Assembly (NCBI GenBank): GCA_051294375.1
Contig: CM119269.1
Coordinates: 5,405,609 to 5,469,608 of the forward strand
Origin: Paraspadella gotoi
Taxonomy: Eukaryota > Animalia > Chaetognatha
Direction: 5' to 3'
Length of the DNA stretch: 64,000 bases
The notes beneath the pieces are model-generated. The model made no database searches, was not told the origin of the DNA, and saw only the letters and a program-made list of their open reading frames with translations. Positions 36,637-49,419 of this stretch are shown here, one piece after another (positions within the stretch are counted from its first letter, which is position 1; every line of letters begins with the position of its first letter). The position numbers were made by a program, and so were the translations under genes.

Positions 36637-39600
36637 ATGGTAGGGGAAACGGACCTACCGAACGGGACAACTTTCGCCCCAGTGGAAAACCGAGCCTCCG
36701 AACTTCCGTTGACCTCCAACAGTTCCGAACCGTTGTTTCAGCATGTCTACGATTTGTGCGAGGTCATCGGCAAGGGTCCCTTTTCAATCGTCAGGTATCG
36801 AGTCATGTTGGCCTGCTCGAAGGGATCTTCCCGGATCTTCCCTGAACTTTTTTTTTCAGGCGATGCGTTCATCGGGCACAAAAACAATCGTACGCCGTCA
36901 AGATCGTTGACCTGGAACGATTCGCGACGAGCCCGGGTCTTTCCATCGACGACCTCAAGCGGGAGGCCTCAATCTGCCACATGCTCAAGCATCCTCACAT
37001 CGTCGAACTACTGGAGACTTATTCGTCCGAAGGTACGTACTGTAAATAGCCAATATAGATAACAAAGATAGAATGCTTTCAACAAAGAGCTAATGATTTG
37101 ATGTTTCTAGGAATGCTCTATATGGTCTTTGAGTACATGGACGGCGCGGACTTGTGCTTTGAGATCGTGAAGCGGGCCACGGCTGGATACGTCTACAGCG
37201 AAGCGGTCGCTTCGTTTTACGTGAAGCAGGTTGTTTGTTTTATTTTAAAACTTAAGTTTGTTACCTGGTATGATTCTTAATTTGCTGCATTGGATGGCTG
37301 CGATACGAACAAGTTGGATTAAATGTCAAAGGTTATGAAAAGTTTGATTTGTTTTTTGATTTTTATGTTTTATTGAATATCTGGTTAGGTTTTCTCTTTT
37401 AAAATATAAACTATGTATAGGTAAAATTTAAATTTACAGTCATTTCGTTTTGTTACTAGGTTTTGGAAGCTGTTCGATATTGCCACGAAAACGACATAGT
37501 TCACCGTGACATCAAACCACATTGTGTTTTGCTGGCTTCCAAGGAAAACTCCGCTCCAGTTAAGCTAGGTATACATTATTCAAAATCCAGTTTAATAATT
37601 TCTCTTAGTAGATTTTTAAAAAATGCATTAACTTAATTGAATTAATTTTCTTTTCTACAGGTGGATTCGGCGTTTCAGTGCAACTGGACGCGGGTTCCAG
37701 CCTCATAAGTAGCGGCCTGCGCGTGGGCACGCCTACCTTCATGGCTCCCGAAGTGTTCCAATGTCTGCCCTATGGAAAACCCGTAGATATGTGGGCCTGC
37801 GGTGTTCTGCTGTTCCTGCTCCTGGGCGGACATTTGCCATTTTTGGGAGGCAAAGACCGACTTTACGATGAAATCGTTCAAGGACGGTAATTATGACTAA
37901 TATGCTTTTCAAATTTTTTTATAGACTACAATAAAAACCTAATAAAATTACATGTTTGATTATCAGCTACTGCATGCGTCCTAGTGTCTGGTCCGCTATT
38001 TCTGGCGAAGCCAAGGACCTCGTACACCGTCTACTCGCCGTTGACCCCAAGGAGCGTCTCACTGTCGAGGAGGCACTGCAGCATCCTTGGATCCGCCAGC
38101 GAGAAGCCTACGCTCTCAAGACGCACCTCAGCGAGAGCGTAGAGGAACTCTCTCGATTCAACACCAGGAGGAAACTGAAGGCAGCGGTTCTCTCCGCCGT
38201 CGCCAGTTCCAAGTGAGTGAGATGATTGATATTTGTGTCAAAACTTTTTGAAGTAGAGAAAACTGTTAATTCTCCAGATGGCCAGACACGTTGCCTTTGG
38301 ATGCCGAGAGTCCCACGGCTCTTGAGGATTCTACGTCTCGATCCGTTGCCGCCGTCTTGGATTCGCTCGACGACGCTCAGGTTTAGTCTACCTTGATTAA
38401 CCCTCGAACGAGAATAAAATCAGCTGTTGAATTAATCATGTTCTTTTATTTCCATCTCAGTGCCTTCAACTGGATCTTGACGCGGACTCTGCCTACCGAG
38501 ACGTCATCGTTACTGCCTTTCACGACCACCGCCTTCATTCCTTGCTCAACCTTTTCGACAACATCCTCGCCCGGAACTTCGAAGCCACGCGCGATGGGGG
38601 CGGGCCCCATCTCACCGAAGAGGCAACGGCCAAAGCAAGACTCGCCTTGCAATCGCTCTCGGCTGACGTCCACGATCCATTGTTCCTTACAGAGGTGAGT
38701 TTACGGTATGACCGTTACATTGACGTCTCGGTCTGCAACTTGGAACTGACGCTTTTCTAAACTTGGCTAAAAATCTTCATTTTGTTCCCTTCAAGGTTAA
38801 GGAATTAGCCTCGCTCATGTCATCGCCACATATGTCCGCGCTACTGGCCGCCCACGATGTGGTCGCCACGGAAGTTTACGGCGCGGACGCCATTCGAGTC
38901 ACGCCCACTTTTTCAAGTCCGTCCCTCAACGAAGAACCGGAAAAAACGGAGCCTGGTAAATTTTTAATCAAAGACGAAGATGATTTTGGCGACTTTCTAG
39001 TCGAGTCAAATCTCTTACGTCATCTATTTTTTTTTCGGTTATACTTTAACAGACAAGCACGGGGAAGCGACCGTTCCGGCGATCGAGAACGTAACTCGGG
39101 TACGCCTCGTTCAATTTCAAAAAAATTCCGACGAACCCATGGGAATTACTTTGCGTCTCAACGAAGACAACCGTTGCATAGTCGCGAGGATTCTTAAGGG
39201 TGGCATGATCGATCGACAAGGAACATTGCAGGTTTCATAGTTGGGGAACGCTTTTAGTGGCTTAATCAATGATAAAATTATCTTAATGATTGTTAACACG
39301 GTCAGGTTGGCGACGAGATTCGCGAGATCAACGGAATCTCGGTGATGAATCAGACGGTGGACGGTCTACAAACGATGCTGCGATCCGTCCGGGGATCCAT
39401 CACCTTCAAGATTGTACCCTCGTACCGAGGACAACCACCTCCATGCGAAATCTACGTTAGGGCTCAGTTTACTTACGACCCTTCCCAGGTATTTTATTAG
39501 AACTCTCGGTCTCGACTAAAAACGATGTTTTCTATTCCGACCTATAAAATCTCGTTTAATCTCTCAGGACGAGCTGATTCCGTGTTGTCAGGCGGGACTC

Positions 39601-40901
39601 GCGTTCAAAATTGGGGATGTGCTACAAATCCTTAGCAAAGACGATCATCACTGGTGGCAAGCGCGGGTGTTGCCTAGCAACGATGCCTCGCTGCTCAAGG
39701 GAGGAAATCAGGGTCCAGCCGGAATCATTCCCTCTCCGGAATTACAAGTTAGTGAAGTAAATCCGCTTCGGAGTTAGATGCGTAAAACTTTATTAGCCAC
39801 TATGGTATATTGCAACAGGAATGGCGAACCACTTGCATCGCGTTAGAAAAAGCTCGCTTGGAAGCTGCCGTCAGCAGCTGCTCTTGGTTTTCCAAAAAAA
39901 AGAAGCCGCCGACGGCGAAGAGCTCCAGAGGTGCCGCGGCCCTAGATTCCGTCGACGTCCTCACCTACGAAGAGGTGGTCCGAGTCGCTGCTTTCGCCAG
40001 GAAGACCTTGGTGCTCATAGGTGAGTGATGCTGAAAACCATTTGAAAGAGAGCCGCTTTGGTTATGACGTAATTATATAAATCTATCATTATTTAATGTC
40101 TCTGATGAGCAGGCGCTCACGGAGTGGGTCGTCGACACATCAAGAATACACTAATCAGCATGCATCCAAAGAAGTTCGCTTATCCCATTCCTCACACCAC
40201 GCGTCATCCGCGAAAGGACGAGGAAGACGGAAAAAACTACTACTTCGTCACCCACCAACAAGTCAGTTGATTTCGCGAGTCTCGTAGTCTCTAGTATCAT
40301 CGTGAAAAATGGGATTATCCTCCATCGTTCTAAATTCAGATGATGCATGATATCGCCAGCAACGAATACTTAGAATACGGAACCCATGAAAGCGCCCTCT
40401 ACGGGACCAAGTTGTCCACCATTCAAGACATTCACAACCGCGGTGCCATTGCTATTTTGGACGTTGAACCTCAGGCGCTTAAGGTTGTTTCCTCTTTGAA
40501 AGACAATCGTTCAATGAGGGCGAAATAATATTTTCTTCTTTTAGATTCTAAGGACAACGGAATTTTCGCCCTACGTTGTCTTCGTGGACGCTCCCTCGGC
40601 CGCGGCTAAAAGTCAAAACAATTCCCTTGAACGTCTGTACAAGGTGAAGACAGATTATGATTGATTGGCATGGTTCGGTCCGGAATTCTACTCATTGTAA
40701 CGTTGTTATTTACTTAAAAAAAAGCATCTTGTCAATAATCAATCTGAATAGGAATCGGAACTTCTGAAGACGGCCTACGGTCACACGTTCGACCGTAAAA
40801 TCGTAAATGATGACATCGAAGAGACCATAAAAATCCTAGAGGCCGCCATGGAAGAGATCCATGCTTCGCCGCAGTGGATTCCCAGCTCCTGGGTCTACTA
40901 A
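36637..40901 (+). CDS. CASK: CASK/LIN-2 MAGUK (CaMK-like, L27, PDZ, SH3, GUK), multi-exon
   Basis: [24 protein letters not shown] and KLGGFGV (CASK pseudokinase GFG), L27 ([14 protein letters not shown]), PDZ ([13 protein letters not shown]), SH3 ([10 protein letters not shown]), GUK ([12 protein letters not shown]; YLEYGTHE), C-terminus [10 protein letters not shown]. Confidence 0.95.
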
Positions 40902-41713
40902 TGAAAAGCTTTGAAAACCCTACACGTAATGTGTGCAATAGCCCGAGACTTGGTCGCATTAACCGAGTTTAATCGAGATTTGTCAGCCAAAGATTATCGG
41001 TTTATGGATATTTAAATCTTCAAGAAATTTTTTTTTTGATTAATAATGATTTAACTAATTGTGGTATTCAATAACAACCTGATTGATATTTTATTTTAAC
41101 CAAAAATAGTGCCTTTTAATGAATAAACCTATACAAAAAAGATTGATGCCTTGTTTTCCAAAAAAATTGCTAAGTTTCTCTTTTTTTCCTGAACATTTAC
41201 AACCTAACGATTTATGCCAAACACCTTCCCTATCGGCATTTAAAATTTACATCTCAGTGTAAACCGTCCCAGACCATGTTATTGGTTCTAACTTTGGCGT
41301 TTTGTACTAGTTAATCATTAGAAAGCCTTTTAATCTTAAGGAAACAAAGTGTTAATTAATAATGTTTCATGAATTAGAAAGTCGGTTCTAGTCAATGCTT
41401 TTTTTTCGCATCAAGATCTAATTGTTTTCGAATTTAACCCGTACAGTAGCTTACCATTCCATTTTTTTACGGTGATCTGTTATCTTTTTTCATTTATTTG
41501 CTATCATGTTCACAATTAGAATTTCACTTTTGGCCCCCTTTAAATGTCTCCGTAGCAAGTAAAACATACTGCGTTTTCAAATCAAAATATATTTGTTTCA
41601 TGTCTCTTTTTTTTATTCGTGATCACAAGACGTCGCCTTCGGTTTCGTCGTAGAAATAAAAAAAGGCAGACTATGCCTTGACAAAAAACACTTTTCGCCC
41701 ATGACGGGAAATT

Positions 41714-44462
41714 ATGGGCGTGGCTTCATCGGTAAAATCTGGCCCCGTGGAATCGGCTGACGTCGTCGTCGCTGCAGGACGCTCGAGAATCTCCAACGGT
41801 CGGCGTCGAGTTTACGCGGTCGAAGGGGACGCGTCCAACTCGACGCCGAACGACTCATTGGAAGACCACGACGTCGAAACAGAGAGGGCATTTGTTTACG
41901 TGGAGGAAATGCCCAAGTCCCCTGTCGCGACGACTGTAGACCGTGACGACGACGAAGCGTTTCATATCGTTCAAGAGCTAAACTTGGCCGCGGTCAATGG
42001 GGACAAATCCGCCGTCGCCAAAATCACCGAGAAAAGACCAGAGTTATTTTTAGAAAGCGACTCGCTTGGAAGGTACTATCCGCTGCATTTGTTCTACCGA
42101 CTCGTTCGACTGAAATATTTCCTATTCACCCACACAGAACTCCTTTGATGATGGCAGTTTTGGCAGAGCGACTGGAAATCGCCGAATTCATAGTAAAGAA
42201 AACGCAAAAGTTGGGGACGGAAGAAGCTGCGGATTACGTCCATTCGAGAGACAAGGGCGGACGGACCGCGTTGCATTCAGCAGCCCACAAGGTAAGTCTT
42301 AAGATCTGACGTGTCTCGAGGTCAATTCAATTTCCAACTTTTATTATTGCAGGGAAACGTTCGTTGCCTTAAATTCCTTTTGTCAAAAGGATGCGATCCA
42401 TTAGCCAAAGACGAAAATGGTTTGACGCCACTCCACCTATCCACGCGACATCGCAGTTCGCGGTGTCTCAACCTTATCTTGAATCGGTTAAAGCAGGGCG
42501 GAGTGGACGATCAGGTGCGCAAATACTGTTGGGATAGAATTAGTCGTCTGCACCTCTTACCTTTCATTTAACTGACTACTCTTTAAAAAAGGACAACGAA
42601 AATAAAACGGCGTTGCATCTCAGCGCCTCCTATGCCAACTTAAAACACGTGCAGAGTCTCTTGAAGCACTACTCTAACGTGGGCATGCCCGACGCGGAGG
42701 GGAAGACGCCGCTTCATTGGGCCGCAGCGGCGGCGGCCAGGGATGGAAGGACCGCGCGCGATGCCGCCGCCATAGTAAGGCTGTTCGGAGAGGAGGCTCC
42801 GTCGGTAGTCAACTGGCAGGACTACGAAGGAAGGACGGCTCTGCACGTCGCAATTGCCGAAGGTGAGCTATTGCATTCGCTTCTAAAGTCCACGTGAAAT
42901 AGTAAACCATCGGCCTCATTTTCAGGCAACGTCCACATCGTGTCCACACTCATTCGCGAACCCGAGTGCAATGTCAACGCCATGGACAATATGTTTCGAA
43001 CTCCTCTCCACTGGGCGGCCGCCCTGGGTCACGCCCGCATCGTACAAATGCTCCTAGCCCACCCCCGCCCTCGCCGTCCTGACGTCGATCCGGAGCCACG
43101 ATTCTGTGAGCACGCTGATTGGTCTACCTCCGACGCCAACGGAGCAACGCCCCTCCATTACGCGGCGCGGAATAATTTCGACGACGCCGTCAAGGCATTT
43201 CTCGACCGAGAGGGCGTCGTCGACGTTCCCGATCTCGAAGGTCGCACGGCCCTCATGTGGGCAGCTTGCGAGGGCGCCGACGATGTAGTGCGGACAATGA
43301 TCGCCGCCGGAAGTGACGTTGGCGCCGTAGATAAGACTGGCGGCGCCGCCTTGCACGTTGCCGCCTTCGCCGGAAAGACGTCTACCGTCAAACTTCTCGT
43401 CGCTCGCGGAGCTGCGGTCGACGGGTGTGACCACGCGGGGCACACGCCGGTGTTTCGTGCTTGTCAACAGGTAGTAATTTTAATGACTGAACGTGTTGAA
43501 TGCTCAATCATTCATTACTCAGTTTTCGTTTGTATTTTTTTTTCAAGGGTCACATGATGACCGTGCAAGCGCTGCTGGAGGCGAAGGCACGCGTTGACAT
43601 CTTCGACGCCGCCGGTCGATCTCCGCTTCATTGGGCTGCGCTTGGTGGACACGCCCCCATCGCACGGCTCTTGATCGCCTACGGGTTGGCCCCGAATCTC
43701 GCCGATCGCAGCGGACGCGGACCGTTGCATTGCGCCGCCTTCGGTGGCTTCGTCGGCTGCATGAAGGCGCTTTTAGAGACGGGCGCCGATCCCGACATGC
43801 AGGTAACGTTGGTTAGTTATTTACTTGAATTTTCTTTCTTAAGCATCTCATTATCTTTTTTCCTCTTATGAACTCAGGACAACGAAGGAAAGACCCCTCT
43901 CCACTGGTCCAGCGGTGAGGGTCACCTCGACGCCGCGAAACTGCTCCTGATCGACCACGACGCGTTTCCAAATCACCGTGAATTCTACGAGGAGAGATTC
44001 ACTCCGCTCGACGCGGCGCTGCTGGGCGGACACAATCACGTGGCGCAGCTGCTCATTGAGCACGGCGGTCTCTCCATCAACGCCATACAGGTTGAAGGAA
44101 TGACGGAACGAAGCCCGACGCTATCCTCGCCGATTATTTTAACCGACTTCCGCCTCCCCACACCGTTTCACTTTCAGGATTTCGCGGCGTCGGTTGTGCA
44201 AGCCGCCTTCCGCGGATATCGTGTCAGAAAATCTTTTCAGGAAAAGATGAACCTTATGATTCAACACGACCAACTCAGGAAGGAGTCGCAGCTCCGTCGT
44301 AGGGCGCGAGAGGCCGAGCGGTCGGGCGAGGAGTGGGTCGCGGGGACCGAGGCCGAGGTCCTCGATCGATCCAACGTTGAAGCGAATACGGGCGAAATCG
44401 AAGTCGATGGATTCGTTGGTTCGCTGCCGGGTGAAATTAAAGATTCGACAGATAAATTATGA
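41714..44462 (+). CDS. INVS: Inversin (ankyrin repeats + IQ motif), multi-exon
   Basis: Tandem ankyrin repeats with inversin-like stretches (NWQDYEGRTALH, DNMFRTPLHWAAALGHA, DLEGRTALMWAA) followed by an IQ motif AASVVQAAFRGYRVRK. Confidence 0.88.
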
Positions 44463-44676
44463 TCGCTCAATAGATATATTTTTATGTGTGGGGAAAAAAG
44501 GATTAGTCTTTTTTTTTTCTGCTACATTGATTTTCTGTGTATTTGTTATTTGGCTAATGGCTATTCTTATTTTTTGATCCCAATTTACTCTGACCAAAAA
44601 ATCTTAATCATCGAATTTTACAACGATGCGCACTCTTTTTTATGTAACAACTTAAAAAAAATTTCTAGCGCTCAAA

Positions 44677-46113
44677 ATGTCCAATAATTTGTTTTCGTCC
44701 CTCCGCGAACTGGCGACGACCGTTAGTCGCGCCGAGGCGACGATCGCCGAGAGAGAGGCGCTCGATGTGGCTGGTGCGCGCCACTATGCCCTGCAGCAAC
44801 AGGCCATCGCTAGGTTCAAGTCCGACGTCGATGAGACGGTGTCGCGCACCAAGGCCCTTCAGCCTACGGTCGTGGTGAGAGATGACGGAACGCACGTACC
44901 TGACTCTTCTCTGTATATTTTATGAATAAATTTTCTTCTCCAGAACATCCAAAATTTCGGCCAACTCAATCAAACATCGTCTCGCCTGGCCGCGCTTTTC
45001 GCCGCCCGCGTCGCTGCCATCGAATCTCGTTTTTCCCAGTCCGGCTACGAACCCCCGTTCAAGCAGCCCAAGACCGGCGATGTCGAAGAACCTGTCGAGC
45101 GACGCCAATCTGGTGGCGGAGAAAAAAAGGATGAATATGCGGCATCAACGAGGGAAATGAACGACAGAGAGAACGAATCCCATCCGGTGATCGAGCTTAT
45201 GGACGAGGATTACGCAGAGCCGTGCCGCGCCGATGCCGCCGCCAATGTCTGGAGAGGTCTTCCCCCGAGTCCGCAACCACCCGTGCTGTATTCCTCGCAA
45301 CCACCGATCCCAGAAAACGAAGACGATTCGATTCTAGCGCTCGAGCTTCCACCGACGCCCGTCTGTCCAGAACTGATCTCTCGGCTGAACGATCAACACA
45401 GGTAGCTTTCCCTCCCCGACTAAAAAAATTATAAATATTTGAATAAATTTCATTCTTAAATATACTACTAAATTTAAAAATGTTTACGCCTTCGTAGCTC
45501 GCGCGTCCTTCTTACAAGTCCGTCTTCTCTGACGCCGATGAACAAGACGCCGACGACGCCAGTTCTCGAGGCCAACAAAAGGGAGCTCGACATCACGAGC
45601 ATCGATTTTAACGGTTTAGGGGACGGCGAAGTCTTTCATACCGGATTCACTCCCAAGACTCCGGTGCTTCAGTCCGCCATGCTTCCGACGGTGCTCTCGA
45701 CAATTAAAGCCAAGACTGAGTATGGAGACATGCCCGCCCCCGAATCGAATCCCCTCAAACGAGCCATCCATTTTTCGGAGGACTCGTGTTCGTCGCGCCG
45801 TCCTTTCATCAAACCCGTTTCCTTCACCGAGTTCGAGCGACAAGAGGAGAAGCTCGCCGATATCTCCCGAGAAACTCTCAACGCGGCCGTCAAGAAACTC
45901 AACGCCGCGTTTAAAGAAAAGGTTGAGAGAGATAGTGTGCGCGTCTTTTCCGCATTATGATTTTTTTTGCTTTTAGGAGGAGGCATCAGTTCCTCTGGAC
46001 ATGCCGCAGTCGGAAGCGGCGGAGCTTCTCTACGACGGGAGCCAAGATCGCGTCGGCACTAAAATCGTAGTAATGTTGCTCAAATTTCGCCGACTCGACT
46101 GCAGGTGGAATTA
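44677..46113 (+). CDS. Probable spindle and kinetochore-associated protein 3 (SKA3-like), multi-exon
   Basis: N-terminal coiled coil (LFSSLRELATTV) ending in IESRFSQSGYEP, a disordered S/TP-rich middle (PPTP, TPKTP) and a small helical C-terminal domain. Similarity is from recall only and the 3' end is approximate. Confidence 0.5.
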
Positions 46114-46679
46114 GGAAATAAAGAGCTCTGGCGACGAGCTCAATTTCGTCATTTTAAACCCTAATTCTTTTCTTCAGGAGCGTTGGCGGACTATCCTACA
46201 TTTCTCCAATAACAGAGAACGATGATTCATTTATTGGATTCGAACTTGGAAACTAATTGCTTTGTGTTACCGCCTCAAATTATTTAAAGTGAATCTAGAT
46301 ATTCATCGTGCCTTTACTAGTACATATTCTAATTGATTAATATAATTTTTTGTAGTTTCAGGCGTTTAAACGTTTTCCCGATGAGATACTATGTATACTC
46401 GTTAATGTTGCCTGTATCAACAGAATTTTATTTTTCAATATTTGATTTTTAAAACTTTATTTTTTAAAGCCCTTGTTGGGCTTGTTGGGCTTCTTAGTGA
46501 CGTTGTCGTCGTCGTCGTTTTTCACAATTGAATATTGTAAAAGTGTGTATTTGTAGGAAGCTAAAAATTTAGATATGGCTTCTTATCATCAAAATCTTTG
46601 AAAATGACATGTTTTATATTGATACAAGTATTTTTGTTGTTTGAATTCCCTTAAAATTATGACTAACTGTCATAATGTT

Positions 46680-46790
46680 CATCAATAATTCATTATCATC
46701 GCATCAATCATTCGTTATCATTGCATCAATCATTTGTTATCCCATCAATCATTCATTATCATCGTGCATCAATCAATCATTTGTTATCGA
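46680..46790. repeat. Degenerate ATCAATCATT tandem repeat
   Basis: Repeated CATCAATCATT(C/T)GTTATC units upstream of the DUF1917-UBX gene. Confidence 0.7.
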
Positions 46791-46953
46791 TTTCAATCCA
46801 AAAATTCGTTTCCAATAAACATTGAGCAATGGATCGTGTTTTTAAGATTTTTTATTAATTTTCTTTGAGCGTAACGTCTGTCGAGATCACTATACCTTTA
46901 AGATTATTAACGAGCAAGACATTTGTAGTTATTTATTTTATGTTATCAAAAAA

Positions 46954-48024
46954 ATGTCGACCTACACAATAAGCTCAAAAACTTGTACGCGAACTGTCAT
47001 GAATTCCGCCACGGCTTCTGACGACGACGTCGACGATGACGGCGAGGTTAAACCGTCTCAAGTGAAAAACAGACCTTGGATCATGGAAACTAAGCGTTTT
47101 CCCTCGACCGGCGCCAACCTCGCTGGGAAGTGGATGCTTTTTTACCCAAGCTGGGCGCTGGACGCCGCTTGGGTCAAAGCCAAACGAAAATTTCGAAAAG
47201 GTGAGTGATACATAAAAAAATATTTTATCTAGAGAATGTACATGTATATTAATAAAACAATAATAATCAATTTTTACAAAAAAAAAAAAAATTATGCAGG
47301 GGAACTCCTCGGTATCGGTGCAATGAAAGTTTCCACCGCCCGCGAAAATCCCCGATCATCAGAGAATGATTCCGGTGTCATTATTTTTTACTGCGGTCCA
47401 CCCACGGACCAGACCGCAGTCATGGGATACGGGAACAATTTGGTGCGAGTCATGAACTACGCAAGTTACAATTCGAATCTCTTTATATACTACAAGTCGG
47501 ACGAGCAAACTCAGCGCGGGACGGTGGCCACCGGGCAGCGAGTCAATCATCTTTACAAAATTCCCGTTCCACGCTTTTCCGCTGCTCCGGTCGACCCTGT
47601 CAAAGGGTCGAAGCGGAAACGAGATGTCGTCGAAGATTTTGATGGCGTTTGCAAACGCGTGGCGAATCTTGGAGCGTTTTCGTCTCCCACCTTATCGTTC
47701 GCCCCTTTACCGTCTGATGCTTCTGCCGAAATTGGTCGGTCGGCCGATCCAATGCTTTTCTCTGACACCAACGTCGCCGACAACATCCGCGTCAAGTTTC
47801 GCCTGGAGAGCGGCGACGCCACCGAGTTTTTGACGGCGTCGTTTCGATCCAATCAACGAATCGCCGAACTCTTGTCCTTCCTCGACGCCTCCGCGCCCGC
47901 CTCGTTTTCTAACGGGGGCTGGAACCTCTTCACCACCTTTCCGACCCGAGAGTTGACGGATGTTGGCATGACTCTTGCCGAGGCCAGGCTAGCCAATTGC
48001 GTCGTCGTCGCGCGAAGATTATGA
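46954..48024 (+). CDS. Bles03/C11orf68 (DUF1917)-like domain fused to a C-terminal UBX domain; exons 46954-47200, 47300-48024
   Basis: AGKWMLFY..LDAAW, MKVSTA..GVIIFYC and IYYKSDEQT are DUF1917-type motifs. The C-terminus IRVKFRLESG..F..LFTTFPTRELTDVGMTLAEARLAN has the UBX R..FPR-like signature. Confidence 0.7.
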
Positions 48025-48195
48025 GATTACTGATTAATATTGATGATCGAGAGAAACTAAAACGTTTATCGATTGTTATTCGCGCCTTGTTAGCTGGTCT
48101 AGCTTGATAAATACTCAAAATTTGTTATCTCTATCATACACATTTGGGATTTTAAAAAATATTTTTTTAGCATTTGTTTGGAAAGAATTTAAAAA

Positions 48196-48657
48196 ATGGA
48201 GATGGGCGTTGTTGCATCGGTAAACAACGCCACAGCGGCTTCTGGGTCCAAAACGTTCTCCATTGCGGAATACTCTTTGAAGAAATCCCTGCGCGCGGGA
48301 GAAGTTTTCGACCGGCGCCTTATCGACGCCGACGAGTGCGCCGGCGTCTTCCTCGTCGCTTCTTCCCTCCCACTAGTCGTCCCCCTCTTGCTCATCCTCT
48401 GCCTCTGGTGCTGCTGCTTTTACCGGCCGCGCCGAGAGCGCCGCGACAAGATCGCCCCGCGCCTAAATATGGCGGCTCGCTCTTTCGAAGTCATGGGGCC
48501 GGCAGGCGCGTCAACACTCGCCTCTCCCACAGTCTTGATCGACTGCTTCGTGGATGACTTCGAACCCTCGAGCCAACTTCCGCCGTACGAGGAGGAGACA
48601 CCGCCCCCAGTTTATCGAGCGGTCGATGTTAATGGGTCAGGGACTTCTGTAGAATGA
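48196..48657 (+). CDS. Small single-pass membrane protein with juxtamembrane Cys cluster and PPxY-like motifs (WBP1/VOPP1-like architecture)
   Basis: 153-aa ORF: hydrophobic helix LPLVVPLLLILCLWCCCF, basic stop-transfer YRPRRERR, then LPPY and PPPVY motifs. Confidence 0.55.
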   Translation: MEMGVVASVNNATAASGSKTFSIAEYSLKKSLRAGEVFDRRLIDADECAGVFLVASSLPLVVPLLLILCLWCCCFYRPRRERRDKIAPRLNMAARSFEVMGPAGASTLASPTVLIDCFVDDFEPSSQLPPYEEETPPPVYRAVDVNGSGTSVE

Positions 48658-49419
48658 TTAAATGGAAGAGGTTTCGATTCAGCGAGAAAAAAAAAACCAG
48701 AGAGAAGACAATCTGTGTTACAGTTCGTTTCCTGTACTAGTCAGAATTTTAGTGTCCGAAGTTATACTCACCCGTATACCTCCATTTTAGTTTCAAGTTC
48801 CGAGATTTAATTGAATAGTTGTCCTCTAATATTCGCGATGTTATTCGGAACGGAAAGCCTTGCGTTATTCGTGCCTTGTGTGACTTGAAAAGGATTCGTA
48901 GGAAGTACCGGTTCCGTTAGTTTTTGCTTTATTATTGTAATCGACCTCATCAGGTACGTGCAACGGACCGGAATAGAGGAAACGCCCTCATTACGTTGCT
49001 ATACTAAATTTTGTGCTATTTTGAAACAATTCAATCTTTCCGAGTGTTGTTGATTTTTTTTTATTCTTTAAAATAAAATATAACTAAAACTATATAATTT
49101 ACCCTTTCTCGTTCGTCATTATTTGACTTTTATTGAACTGGTTTGTTATGTATAAAACGTCTCAATCGTAATAAGCATGATTAATTTTTGAAATTCAATA
49201 TTAGACGTGAAAAAGCTTAAGAGTTTATGTGACGACGTAAATAATTTTTTATTGACCTTTCAAGCCATATGCTTCCCATATTTATTGTTCAATGTTGACT
49301 AACGTTGTAGTTAGTTCCCAACTTTTTTGGGATTCGTTTTACCTATTGTTCATGATCTCAAACGGCGTTTAATGTGATATTGTTTTCATATTTCATTCGT
49401 GAAAATCAGAGTCGCGTCC

